Of a stretch of 64,000 bases of DNA, positions 1 through 8,071 are shown in pieces. The DNA is from Candidatus Uhrbacteria bacterium (GTDB taxonomy: Bacteria > Patescibacteriota > Patescibacteriia > UBA9934 > GWF2-40-263), in the NCBI GenBank assembly GCA_026395055.1, contig JAPLZK010000002.1, forward strand, positions 192,154 to 256,153, read 5' to 3'. Each line of letters begins with the position of its first letter. Within the stretch, counting starts at the first letter, position 1. The notes under the pieces are model-generated. The model had not been told where the DNA came from and searched no databases. It saw only the letters and a list, made by a program, of their open reading frames with translations. A program made the position numbers and the translations under genes.

Positions 1-1
1 A

Positions 2-433
2 GAATTCGATCAAAAAATTCTCGACCTCGCGCGTGTTACGCGTGTGACTGCCGGTGGAAAGCGCATGTCTTTTCGTTGTGCACTTGTTATTGGTGACCGA
101 AAAGGACGCGTTGGATTCGGAGTTGCAAAAGGTGCAGACGTTCAAATCGCCGTCGATAAAGCTTATCGTCAAGCAAAAAAGAATTTGGTAACCGTGCCAA
201 TGATTCAAGAAACATTGCCACATGCAGTAACTGTAAAGCTTGGTTCTGCAATGGTCATGTTGAAACCAGCTCCAAAAGGTTCAGGACTTAAAGCTGGTGG
301 AGCCATTCGTGTCATTTTGGAGTACGCGGGAGTTCCAAACGCTGTTTCAAAAATTTTGAACTCGAATAATAAAATCAACATCGCTCACGCAACGTTTCTT
401 GCTATCCGAACATTGAGTGATTCCAAAAAATAA
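2..433 (+). CDS. rpsE: 30S ribosomal protein S5 (5' partial)
   Basis: Frame open from window edge: EFDQKILDLARVTRVTAGGKRMSF...GRVGFG...PAPKGSGLKAGG. Confidence 0.97.
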   Translation, partial: EFDQKILDLARVTRVTAGGKRMSFRCALVIGDRKGRVGFGVAKGADVQIAVDKAYRQAKKNLVTVPMIQETLPHAVTVKLGSAMVMLKPAPKGSGLKAGGAIRVILEYAGVPNAVSKILNSNNKINIAHATFLAIRTLSDSKK

Positions 434-437
434 TTGT

Positions 438-872
438 ATGTCACTTTCACTTCACACATTGCAACCAAGCAAGCACTCAAAAAAGGACCGAAAATACATC
501 GGTCGTGGTTTGGGTTCTAAAGGAACCTACTCTGGTCGTGGAGTTAAGGGACAAGGTGCACGTTCTGGTGTTTCTGGATTGAAGTTGAAAGGAATGCGCA
601 AAATTATTCTTTCTACACCAAAGTTGCGCGGATTTAAGGCAAAGAATCCAAAGGCTCAAGTTTTGAACCTTGGAGATCTTACAAAATTATTTGTTGGTGG
701 TGGAAGAATTACGCCAAAGCAATTGTTTGCTAAAAAGCTGATTACAGACCCAACAGCTGTTGTTAAAGTTCTTGGAAAGGGAACGGTTACAGAAAAGTTC
801 ACAATCCAAGGATGTCTCGTTTCCGCATCTGCAAAGGAAAAGATCGAAAAAGCTGGCGGATCTGTTGTCTAG
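438..872 (+). CDS. rplO: 50S ribosomal protein L15
   Basis: GRGLGSKGTYSGRGVKGQGARSG, VKVLGKG, SAKEKIEKAGG; ATG at 438; no rpmD between rpsE and rplO. Confidence 0.97.
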   Translation: MSLSLHTLQPSKHSKKDRKYIGRGLGSKGTYSGRGVKGQGARSGVSGLKLKGMRKIILSTPKLRGFKAKNPKAQVLNLGDLTKLFVGGGRITPKQLFAKKLITDPTAVVKVLGKGTVTEKFTIQGCLVSASAKEKIEKAGGSVV

Positions 873-890
873 TCTTTCAAAATTTTCTCT

Positions 891-2153
891 ATGAACACTC
901 TTCTTCGTATCTGGAAAACAAAGGAGCTTCGCTATAACCTGCTCTTTGTTCTCCTTATGCTCGTGGTTTTTCGTATTGCGGCGCATATTCCCGCTCCGGG
1001 AATTGATGCGGCAGCGCTTGCGCAAGTGTTCACAAAAAACCAATTCCTTGGGCTTTTGAACGTTTTTTCTGGTGGAACATTGAAAAACTTTTCGATTGTT
1101 GCCATGGGGGTGATGCCATACATCACGGCTTCCATCATTTTTCAGTTGCTTGGAATGATCGTTCCTCATTTTGAGGAAATGCAAAAAGAAGAATCTGGAA
1201 GACAAAAAATCAATCAATGGACACGTTGGCTCACTGTTCCACTCAGTTTGATTCAGTCTTACAGCTTGATCCTTCTTCTTTCGCGCCAAGGTCAATTTTT
1301 CATTGGGGTACAAAGTACAACAATCTTGCTTGCCATGGTCAGCATGACAGCTGGAACAGTGTTTCTTATGTGGCTCGGTGAATTGATTTCTGAAAAGAAT
1401 ATTGGAAACGGTGTGTCCATCATCATTCTTTCTGGAATCGTCGCCGGTCTTCCAACATCGCTCAGTCAATCTCTCGCTGTATATGATCAGAGTCAACTCG
1501 TGACTCTCATCCTCTTTATTGCAGTTGTTGTTGTGACGGTGATCGGAATCGTTGTCATGAATGAAGCGCAACGCAACATTCCTGTGCAATATGCTCGTCA
1601 TATTCAAGGCTCACGCCTTGCCGGAGGATCCAGTTCACACATTCCTGTTCGTTTGAACATGGGTGGGGTGATTCCAATCATTTTCGCTATTTCTATTATC
1701 TTGTTTCCAACGGTTCTCGCGCAATTCTTCTTGAATGCAAAAACGGCATTCCTTCGAACGACTGCAACGCATGTTCTCCAGCTCTTCCAAAATCAACTCT
1801 TCTACGGAATTGCTTACTTCGTCCTTGTCTTCTTGTTTGCCTACTTCTACACAGCAGTGATTTTTCACCCAGAACAAGTCGCAGAAAATATTCAAAAGCA
1901 AGGCGGATTTATTCCAGGAATTCGACCAGGAAAGCATACGGCGGATTATCTCAACTTTGTCACCAACCGTTTGTTGCTCCTTGGAGCAACATTCCTCGCA
2001 GTGATCGCTGTGTTGCCACTCATTGTCCAGCACTTCACAGGTTCACAGAGTCTCGTCATTGGAGGAACATCTGTCCTCATTATCGTCGCGGTTGTGATCG
2101 ATAGCGTGAAGCAGATCGAAGCCCAGTTGACCATGCGAGAGTACGACCTATAA
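891..2153 (+). CDS. secY: preprotein translocase subunit SecY
   Basis: Multi-TM; MGVMPYITASII, IGNGVS, FIPGIRPG, GGTSVLI. Confidence 0.98.
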   Translation: MNTLLRIWKTKELRYNLLFVLLMLVVFRIAAHIPAPGIDAAALAQVFTKNQFLGLLNVFSGGTLKNFSIVAMGVMPYITASIIFQLLGMIVPHFEEMQKEESGRQKINQWTRWLTVPLSLIQSYSLILLLSRQGQFFIGVQSTTILLAMVSMTAGTVFLMWLGELISEKNIGNGVSIIILSGIVAGLPTSLSQSLAVYDQSQLVTLILFIAVVVVTVIGIVVMNEAQRNIPVQYARHIQGSRLAGGSSSHIPVRLNMGGVIPIIFAISIILFPTVLAQFFLNAKTAFLRTTATHVLQLFQNQLFYGIAYFVLVFLFAYFYTAVIFHPEQVAENIQKQGGFIPGIRPGKHTADYLNFVTNRLLLLGATFLAVIAVLPLIVQHFTGSQSLVIGGTSVLIIVAVVIDSVKQIEAQLTMREYDL

Positions 2154-2160
2154 ATAAAAG

Positions 2161-2187
2161 AAAACAGCCTTTCGAGGCTGTTTTTTT
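2161..2187 (+). terminator. intrinsic terminator after secY
   Basis: AAAACAGCCT-TTCG-AGGCTGTTTTTTT. Confidence 0.85.
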
Positions 2188-2199
2188 GATGGGACAGCA

Positions 2200-2631
2200 T
2201 TGACACAACGTCGTTTCCTTGCTAAGTTTCATTGGCGTTTCTCAACAGAAGAATGGGGGAAGTTTCACATGGGATCAATCGACCTGGTTCGTAGATTTTG
2301 GCAGGAGCAAGCGACCGTTACAACGCTTTTGTCTCAACAAATCGGGATTGTTGTTTCTGTAACAGATGAAGGTTTTGTCTTTCGAACGCTCTTTCGAAGA
2401 AGAGAGGAAAAGAAATTCGTTGTCGAAAAGATAGATCCTCAGGATGCATCGGGAGACGAATTGTTCCCATGGACCTGGTTTTCAGAGAAAAATCGTCCTC
2501 TTGTTACGCCTGGTGTCACGCTTCATCTCGAGTCTCGTTACGAAGATTCTGTTCGGTACAGAGGTGGTGTGAAGGAGTTCGGAAGGAATCGTCGTAAGAA
2601 ATGCACCTCTTTTAGGATCCTTAAGCCCTGA
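2200..2631 (+). CDS. hypothetical protein between secY and adk
   Basis: 143 aa ORF with TTG start, followed by hairpin AAGCCCTGAT...ATCGGGGCTTTTT (2623-2651); no recognised motif. Confidence 0.55.
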   Translation: MTQRRFLAKFHWRFSTEEWGKFHMGSIDLVRRFWQEQATVTTLLSQQIGIVVSVTDEGFVFRTLFRRREEKKFVVEKIDPQDASGDELFPWTWFSEKNRPLVTPGVTLHLESRYEDSVRYRGGVKEFGRNRRKKCTSFRILKP

Positions 2632-2745
2632 TTTGTCATCGGGGCTTTTTTCTCGCCAAAAATCCGATATTTGCTATACTACCCCTGCATTCATTCCCGT
2701 CCGTCGAGACGGGATGATGGGCTTACTCTTCACATTCAATACAGT

Positions 2746-3420
2746 ATGCATCAACTCCAAAACAAGCCCTACAAGGTCATTTTATTTGGACCTCAAGGAA
2801 GCGGAAAAGGAACCCAGGCCCACTTGCTCTCAGAAGAATTCGGAATCCCAACGTTTAGTATGGGGCAGCTTATTCGTGATGAAATCGCGACTGGTTCGGA
2901 TATGGGAAAGCGTTTTGCTCCCATCGTAGAGGAGGGGAAGTTGATTGCGGACATGGACGCTGCTGATTTGTTGAAGCACCGCCTCGCGAATCCGGATGCG
3001 AAGGATGGATACATCCTCGATGGATTTCCACGCGATCGCGCACAGGCGAAGGCGTTTGACTTTGATCGTCCAACACACCTGATCATTATTCACATTCCAC
3101 ATGACGTCTCACTCGAGCGTTTGAAAGGACGATTAACAGACGACAAGACCGGAAAAATTTATAGTACAAAAGATGGACACGTTGCTGGTGAAAAAACACC
3201 GGAAGGCGGAACACTGTTCGTTCGTAAAGACGATGTATCGGAAGCGATTGAAAAACGATTACAAATTTATCAAACGGAAACTTTCGCCGTGATCGATGAA
3301 TACGTGCAAACGGGAATCCCGATTCACCACGTAGACGGTCTCGGTTCTGTCGATGAAGTCCAGAAGCGACTTGTCGGTGCGATCGAAGAGGTTTGTCGTA
3401 TTCCCGCACACTCAGATTAG
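2746..3420 (+). CDS. adk: adenylate kinase
   Basis: P-loop GPQGSGKGTQ, GYILDGFPR, RKDD; ATG at 2746. Confidence 0.95.
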   Translation: MHQLQNKPYKVILFGPQGSGKGTQAHLLSEEFGIPTFSMGQLIRDEIATGSDMGKRFAPIVEEGKLIADMDAADLLKHRLANPDAKDGYILDGFPRDRAQAKAFDFDRPTHLIIIHIPHDVSLERLKGRLTDDKTGKIYSTKDGHVAGEKTPEGGTLFVRKDDVSEAIEKRLQIYQTETFAVIDEYVQTGIPIHHVDGLGSVDEVQKRLVGAIEEVCRIPAHSD

Positions 3421-3425
3421 AAATT

Positions 3426-4208
3426 ATGTCTCTCATCAAAACATCCGAAGAAATAAACGCCATGCGCGAAGGTGGCCACATTCTTTCACGCGCGCTTAAA
3501 GCCGCGGTTGATTCAGTTCGTCCTGGCATCACGCTTCGAGAAGTTGATGCAATTGGTGAGGCGAGCATGCGCGCCGAGGGTGCGACGCCATCCTTCTTGC
3601 ATTACAAAACATCGCCGTCAGATACACCGTTTCCAAGTACAATTTGTCTCTCGGTCAATGAAGAGATTGTGCACGGACTCGGAAATCGCGATCGCGTACT
3701 TCTCGAGGGCGATATTCTTGGGCTCGATATTGGATGTTGGTACAAAGGATTGTGTACGGACATGGCCGTCTCTGTGTATGTAGGCGAAAAGCCACCTGAG
3801 AAGATTGTTAAACTTCTTGCTGTTACAAAAGAAGCATTGCTTGCCGGAGTTGCGGCCGCACATGTTGGTGGGGATATTAAAGATATTAGCGCCGCAATCG
3901 AGGCTGTGGTTAAACCACACAAGTACGGAAACGTTCGTGCACTTGTTGGACACGGTGTTGGACATGCGGTGCATGAAAATCCACACGTCCCAAATTTTCT
4001 TTCCCCACAATATCCTTCCATTAAAATCAAAGACGGCATGACGCTTGCTCTTGAGCCTATGTTTGGAATGGGAGGGGATTATCGTGTAGACACAGCAGAT
4101 GACGGTTGGGCTGTTATTATGGCAGATGGATCTATTGGATCGCATTTCGAGGTGACGATTGCCATTACAAAAGAGGGAACAGAAATTTTAACACCATTGC
4201 CCGTTTAA
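3426..4208 (+). CDS. map: methionine aminopeptidase type I
   Basis: SVNEEIVHG, DIG, TDMA, GHGVGHAVHENP, ALEPM, HFEVT. Confidence 0.96.
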   Translation: MSLIKTSEEINAMREGGHILSRALKAAVDSVRPGITLREVDAIGEASMRAEGATPSFLHYKTSPSDTPFPSTICLSVNEEIVHGLGNRDRVLLEGDILGLDIGCWYKGLCTDMAVSVYVGEKPPEKIVKLLAVTKEALLAGVAAAHVGGDIKDISAAIEAVVKPHKYGNVRALVGHGVGHAVHENPHVPNFLSPQYPSIKIKDGMTLALEPMFGMGGDYRVDTADDGWAVIMADGSIGSHFEVTIAITKEGTEILTPLPV

Positions 4209-4217
4209 TAAATATAT

Positions 4218-4574
4218 ATGGAACGAGCGCCGCAAGGAGAACGAAGAGATCAAAAAGAACGCCGTGAGGTCGTTTTTACACCAGCTGTTTTAAATGTTGA
4301 GGAGCCGGATGGTATTCATAATTCGTTTGGAATCATGTTTGATGCCGTAGATGAACCACAGTGTCGATCATATAGATTGGCTATTCGAAAAATTGCCGAT
4401 GCGGAAAAATTACTCCCTTTTCATCAAGGTGGATCGAATGAGAAAATGGGTTGGCAGTATTTTGAATTTTTTGCACAAACAAGTAAGGACGCTGTGCTGG
4501 CTTTGTTTCCAAAAATTCACGAGAAAGCAAAAGAAGAGTTTGATACATTAAAGCGAATGGGATTTTTTGAATAA
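4218..4574 (+). CDS. hypothetical protein
   Basis: 118 aa ORF tightly packed after map. Confidence 0.65.
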   Translation: MERAPQGERRDQKERREVVFTPAVLNVEEPDGIHNSFGIMFDAVDEPQCRSYRLAIRKIADAEKLLPFHQGGSNEKMGWQYFEFFAQTSKDAVLALFPKIHEKAKEEFDTLKRMGFFE

Positions 4575-4578
4575 TCGC

Positions 4579-4899
4579 ATGTCTTCTAAATCCAAATTCC
4601 AATCAGACAAATTCAAAAAAGCACGCGGAGGATTTTCGCGCTGGCTTTCGGTGTTTTGCGAGTCGTGTAAAGAACCGATCGTGACATACCAAAAAGATGG
4701 TCCGGGAATTCTGAAGCGCATGTATCTCGACCGGATGGTGAATGTCGACACGCGCAAGTGGCTCAAGTCGAATCTCGAATGTCCCGCTTGCAAAACACTT
4801 CTCGGTGTTCCAATCATGTATAAAAAAGAAGACCGTCCCGCGATTCGATTGTTTGCAGGTGCGGTGGGGAAGAAGATTATTTCGGCGAAAGAACTTTAA
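4579..4899 (+). CDS. hypothetical zinc-ribbon protein
   Basis: CESC and CPAC pairs; YQKDGPGILKRMYLDR. Confidence 0.7.
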   Translation: MSSKSKFQSDKFKKARGGFSRWLSVFCESCKEPIVTYQKDGPGILKRMYLDRMVNVDTRKWLKSNLECPACKTLLGVPIMYKKEDRPAIRLFAGAVGKKIISAKEL

Positions 4900-4901
4900 G
4901 T

Positions 4902-5294
4902 ATGCGCTTACTTGGTATCGACTACGGTCGAAAGAAAATTGGCCTCGCCTTCGGTGATACAGAAACAAAAATTGCTGTTCCTCTTGAAGTTATTTGGAAA
5001 CAAGGAGACGAAGCGATTCGGGATATTGTTTCGATTCTGAAAAAAGAAGATATGGAAGGAATGGTTATTGGAATTCCAAGCGCGGTTGCATCACATCCAA
5101 ACGAGAAGCAGATTGCCATCGTTCGTGCGTTTATTGAGAAGCTCAAAAAACAAACAAGTCTTCCTATTGAAGAAGAAGACGAATCGTTTACGACCGCCGA
5201 GAGTCGAAGACTTATGCACGAGGAAGGAGCAGAAGCTGAAGAAGATGCGCTTGCGGCCATGATCATTCTTCAGTCGTACTTGAATCGTATTTAA
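4902..5294 (+). CDS. yqgF: YqgF/RuvX pre-16S rRNA nuclease
   Basis: LGIDYGRKKIGLA, VIGIP, DESFTT, AAMIILQSYL. Confidence 0.93.
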   Translation: MRLLGIDYGRKKIGLAFGDTETKIAVPLEVIWKQGDEAIRDIVSILKKEDMEGMVIGIPSAVASHPNEKQIAIVRAFIEKLKKQTSLPIEEEDESFTTAESRRLMHEEGAEAEEDALAAMIILQSYLNRI

Positions 5295-5295
5295 T

Positions 5296-6072
5296 ATGTC
5301 TGTGTTGTTCGAGACAACGGCGCTCGTGCTTTCTTGGCGACCGTATCGCGAACATGATCGGTCGTATTCGGCGTTTACGCGGGATCATGGAAAGATCGAA
5401 TTTGTCGCGCGAGGTGGATCGAAACCGCTCGCGAAGTTGACTCCACATCTCGAGACTATGGCGGAAGTTCGACTGCTCCTCGTCGATGGCCGGCAATATT
5501 TCACTGTCGCGGGAACAGATCGAATACGTGCTTTTCGCTCGGTATACGAGAATTTAACGAAGACCACGCTCGTTCAAAATGCCTTCGCCTTCGTGGATCT
5601 TGGAACGAGAACTCACGAACTCGACGAAGATCTCTATGATTTTTTGATGAATTGGCTTGAATTTATTGAAAAAATCCCTGAAATTACGGCCGAACGCGCC
5701 GGATTCCTGCTCGCGACATTTGCCTTGAAATTTCTGTCCCATCTCGGGTATCATCCAGAACTGAGCCATTGTCTTGTGTGTCGCCTTGCGATTCGCGAAG
5801 GGAACTATCGATGGCATGCGCTCAAGGGAGGAGTCGTGTGCGCAACGTGTTTCGACAAAGATCGCGAGCAATGGTTTGCTGCGCGACTCATCGATGACGT
5901 CACGCTCAAGTTGCTGCGCTTCGCCCTTACACAAGAATTCACAGAACAACTTCGTCCACATTTATCTGGAAACACGCTCGCTTCATTTCATGAAACAATC
6001 GAGTCTCTTATCATCGCTCACTTCCCAGTCATTCCCGCTGTCTCCATGCGAGAAGCTTGTAAACATTTGTAA
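5296..6072 (+). CDS. recO: DNA repair protein RecO
   Basis: EHDR..FTRDHGKI..ARG N-terminus, LGYHPEL.HCLVC and GGVVCATC zinc finger. Confidence 0.92.
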   Translation: MSVLFETTALVLSWRPYREHDRSYSAFTRDHGKIEFVARGGSKPLAKLTPHLETMAEVRLLLVDGRQYFTVAGTDRIRAFRSVYENLTKTTLVQNAFAFVDLGTRTHELDEDLYDFLMNWLEFIEKIPEITAERAGFLLATFALKFLSHLGYHPELSHCLVCRLAIREGNYRWHALKGGVVCATCFDKDREQWFAARLIDDVTLKLLRFALTQEFTEQLRPHLSGNTLASFHETIESLIIAHFPVIPAVSMREACKHL

Positions 6073-6074
6073 GA

Positions 6075-6162
6075 AGTAGTCAAGAAGTCGAGGGGTCAAG
6101 TAGTCAAGTCTACTAACTCGTTCGAAAACTCGACTACTCGACTTCTTAACTACTCGACTACT
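6075..6162. repeat. inverted array of 8-bp tandem units
   Basis: AGTAGTCA/AGAAGTCG/AGGGGTCA/AGTAGTCA (6075-6106) facing CGACTACT/CGACTTCT/TAACTACT/CGACTACT (6131-6162). Confidence 0.8.
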
Positions 6163-6166
6163 CTTT

Positions 6167-7501
6167 ATGACTTCCACTCTCATCAAATCCATCGGCCAAT
6201 ATGTTGGTCAAGAAGTTCAACTCCAAGGTTGGGCATACAACTTTCGTTCAAGCGGAAAAATTTTCTTTTTGCAATTGCGTGACGGTTCGGCTCGTGTGCA
6301 GATTGTGTATTCGAAAGCGGATGTATCTGAGGAAACATGGAGCGCGCTCGAATCACTTCGTCTCGAGTCGTCTGTTCGTGTATTCGGTCGCGTAAAAGAA
6401 GACGCGCGCGCACCGTCCGGATTCGAACTCGATGGGTTGAGTCTCGAAATCGTCTCGCTCGCCATGGATGAATATCCGATCGGAAAAAAAGATCACGGTC
6501 CAGACTTCTTGCTCGACAATCGTCACTTGTGGTTGCGTTCTGACAAACAGTGGGCAATTCAGCGTGTGCGTGACACGATCATCACCGCAACATACAACTA
6601 CTTTCACGAAAATGATTTCGTAAAATTTGATACACCAATTCTTACACCAACCTCTTGTGAGGGAACAACCGAGCTCTTCGAAATGGATTACTTCGATATG
6701 GGCAAGGGTGAACCAGAGGCCGTGAATACGGGGACTGGTAAAGCATATCTTTCACAGTCAGGACAGTTGTATCTCGAAGCAGGAATTATGTCTCTTGGTC
6801 GCGCGTTCGACTTTGGTCCCGTATTTCGTGCGGAAAAATCAAAAACACGCCGACATCTCACAGAATTTTGGATGATGGATGCCGAAGCGGCGTTCGTTGA
6901 ACATCAGGGTAACATGCAGATTCAAGAAGGATTGATCTGCCGCATCGTTCACGATGTCCTCGCGAATTGCCAACATGAACTCAAGGTTCTCGAACGCGAC
7001 ACAAAGCCGCTCGAAGCGATTCAAGCACCGTTCGTTCACATGACTCACCAAGAAGCGATCGCGAAACTTCGCGAGCTTGGTTCGGACATCGGTGACATGG
7101 ATGATCTCGGTGCCGACGATGAAACGATTCTCACACAACAATTCGATCGTCCAATTTTTATCGAAAAATATCCCGCAGCGGTCAAAGCCTTTTACATGAA
7201 GCGTGATCCATCCAATCCAGAATTCGTTTTGAACAACGACATGCTCGCACCGGAAGGGTACGGCGAAATTATCGGCGGTTCACAACGTGAGGATGATTAC
7301 GAAACACTTCTTGAACGCATGCGAGAGCACAATCTCGCGATCGAACCATTTCAATGGTATCTCGATCTGCGAAAATACGGATCTGTACCACATTCAGGAT
7401 TCGGTTATGGCCTCGAGCGCATCACGGCTTGGATGTGCGGCCTCCAACATATTCGCGAGACAATTCCATTTCCACGTTTGATCAATCGACTGACGCCATA
7501 A
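6167..7501 (+). CDS. asnS: asparagine--tRNA ligase
   Basis: RSSGKIFFLQLRDG, YLSQSGQLY, FRAEKSKTRRHLTEFWM, GEIIGGSQRE, GSVPHSGFGYGLER. Confidence 0.96.
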   Translation: MTSTLIKSIGQYVGQEVQLQGWAYNFRSSGKIFFLQLRDGSARVQIVYSKADVSEETWSALESLRLESSVRVFGRVKEDARAPSGFELDGLSLEIVSLAMDEYPIGKKDHGPDFLLDNRHLWLRSDKQWAIQRVRDTIITATYNYFHENDFVKFDTPILTPTSCEGTTELFEMDYFDMGKGEPEAVNTGTGKAYLSQSGQLYLEAGIMSLGRAFDFGPVFRAEKSKTRRHLTEFWMMDAEAAFVEHQGNMQIQEGLICRIVHDVLANCQHELKVLERDTKPLEAIQAPFVHMTHQEAIAKLRELGSDIGDMDDLGADDETILTQQFDRPIFIEKYPAAVKAFYMKRDPSNPEFVLNNDMLAPEGYGEIIGGSQREDDYETLLERMREHNLAIEPFQWYLDLRKYGSVPHSGFGYGLERITAWMCGLQHIRETIPFPRLINRLTP

Positions 7502-7509
7502 AAAATAAA

Positions 7510-7518
7510 TTATCCACA
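7510..7518 (+). promoter_or_regulatory. DnaA box
   Basis: Perfect TTATCCACA in intergenic DNA after asnS; isolated, so could be chance. Confidence 0.45.
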
Positions 7519-7600
7519 AACAGACCCTTGATTTTTGTTTTAAAATGTGTTAGATTCGAATAAAGAGTGTCGATGACTTCATTCAATAACGAATTTATCT

Positions 7601-7867
7601 ATGTTAACAAAAGAAGATTTGGGTCAAATTCGTGAAGTTGTCAGCGATGTAGTTGAGGCTTCCGAAAAACGTGTCACAAAGACAATAATTTTAGCCGTTG
7701 GTGAAATGATTGATCAAAATATCTTGCCACAGTTTGATGAGCTTCATGAAGAGATTAAGGAAATTAAACAAGAAATGCGCGGCATGAATGCAAAAATGGT
7801 CACAAAAGGTGCGCTCGAAGATCGATTAACAGATTTTCGTTTATCGATTGTTGGATCTGCGGTATAG
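7601..7867 (+). CDS. hypothetical helical/coiled-coil protein
   Basis: 88 aa ORF followed by hairpin 7871-7900. Confidence 0.7.
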   Translation: MLTKEDLGQIREVVSDVVEASEKRVTKTIILAVGEMIDQNILPQFDELHEEIKEIKQEMRGMNAKMVTKGALEDRLTDFRLSIVGSAV

Positions 7868-7870
7868 AAG

Positions 7871-7900
7871 AAGAAAACACACCTGTCGGGTGTGTTTTCT
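7871..7900 (+). terminator. intrinsic terminator
   Basis: AGAAAACACACC-TGTCG-GGTGTGTTTTCT. Confidence 0.75.
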
Positions 7901-7902
7901 GT

Positions 7903-7931
7903 TTGACAACCCTTCTCCCCTTTGTCACAAT
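7903..7931 (+). promoter_or_regulatory. sigma70 promoter of aspS leader
   Basis: TTGACA (7903-7908), 17 bp spacer, TG-n-CACAAT (-10 at 7926-7931). Confidence 0.75.
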
Positions 7932-7941
7932 GGTTCCACGT

Positions 7942-7986
7942 ATGCACCGCATTTCTCTTGCAAATAACAATGATGATAACAGCTAA
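7942..7986 (+). CDS. Asn/Asp-rich attenuator leader peptide MHRISLANNNDDNS
   Basis: Six consecutive Asn/Asp codons AAT AAC AAT GAT GAT AAC (7963-7980) between the promoter and aspS. Confidence 0.8.
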   Translation: MHRISLANNNDDNS

Positions 7987-8051
7987 TTAAGCTGGTCTTC
8001 TTTGCGCAAGAAAAAACGCCAATGAAACCAGCCAAAGAGCTGGATTTTTTT
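7980..8051 (+). promoter_or_regulatory. transcription attenuator (1:2, 2:3, 3:4 pairings)
   Basis: CAGCT 7980-7984/AGCTG 7990-7994; GCTGGT(C)TTC 7991-8000/GAAACCAGC 8024-8032; CCAGC 8028-8032/GCTGG 8039-8043 plus T7 8045-8051. Confidence 0.75.
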
Positions 8052-8071
8052 ACGCCTAAGCTCTCCTTTTT

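Noticed and set aside
687-1607. 306 aa antisense ORF over rplO/secY, and many similar shadow ORFs
   Set aside because: Opposite well-supported genes, with no motifs or expression signals.
6700-6740. Short insertion in AsnRS (GKGEPEAVNTGTG)
   Set aside because: No palindrome, intein or intron signature; likely a loop variant.
7930-7941. Upstream in-frame ATG extending the leader peptide (MVPR)
   Set aside because: Overlaps the -10 hexamer, so it is probably not transcribed.
7900-8071. T-box riboswitch ahead of aspS
   Set aside because: No T-box bulge consensus (TGGNACC) or long stem I, and the leader is too short; the uORF model fits better.
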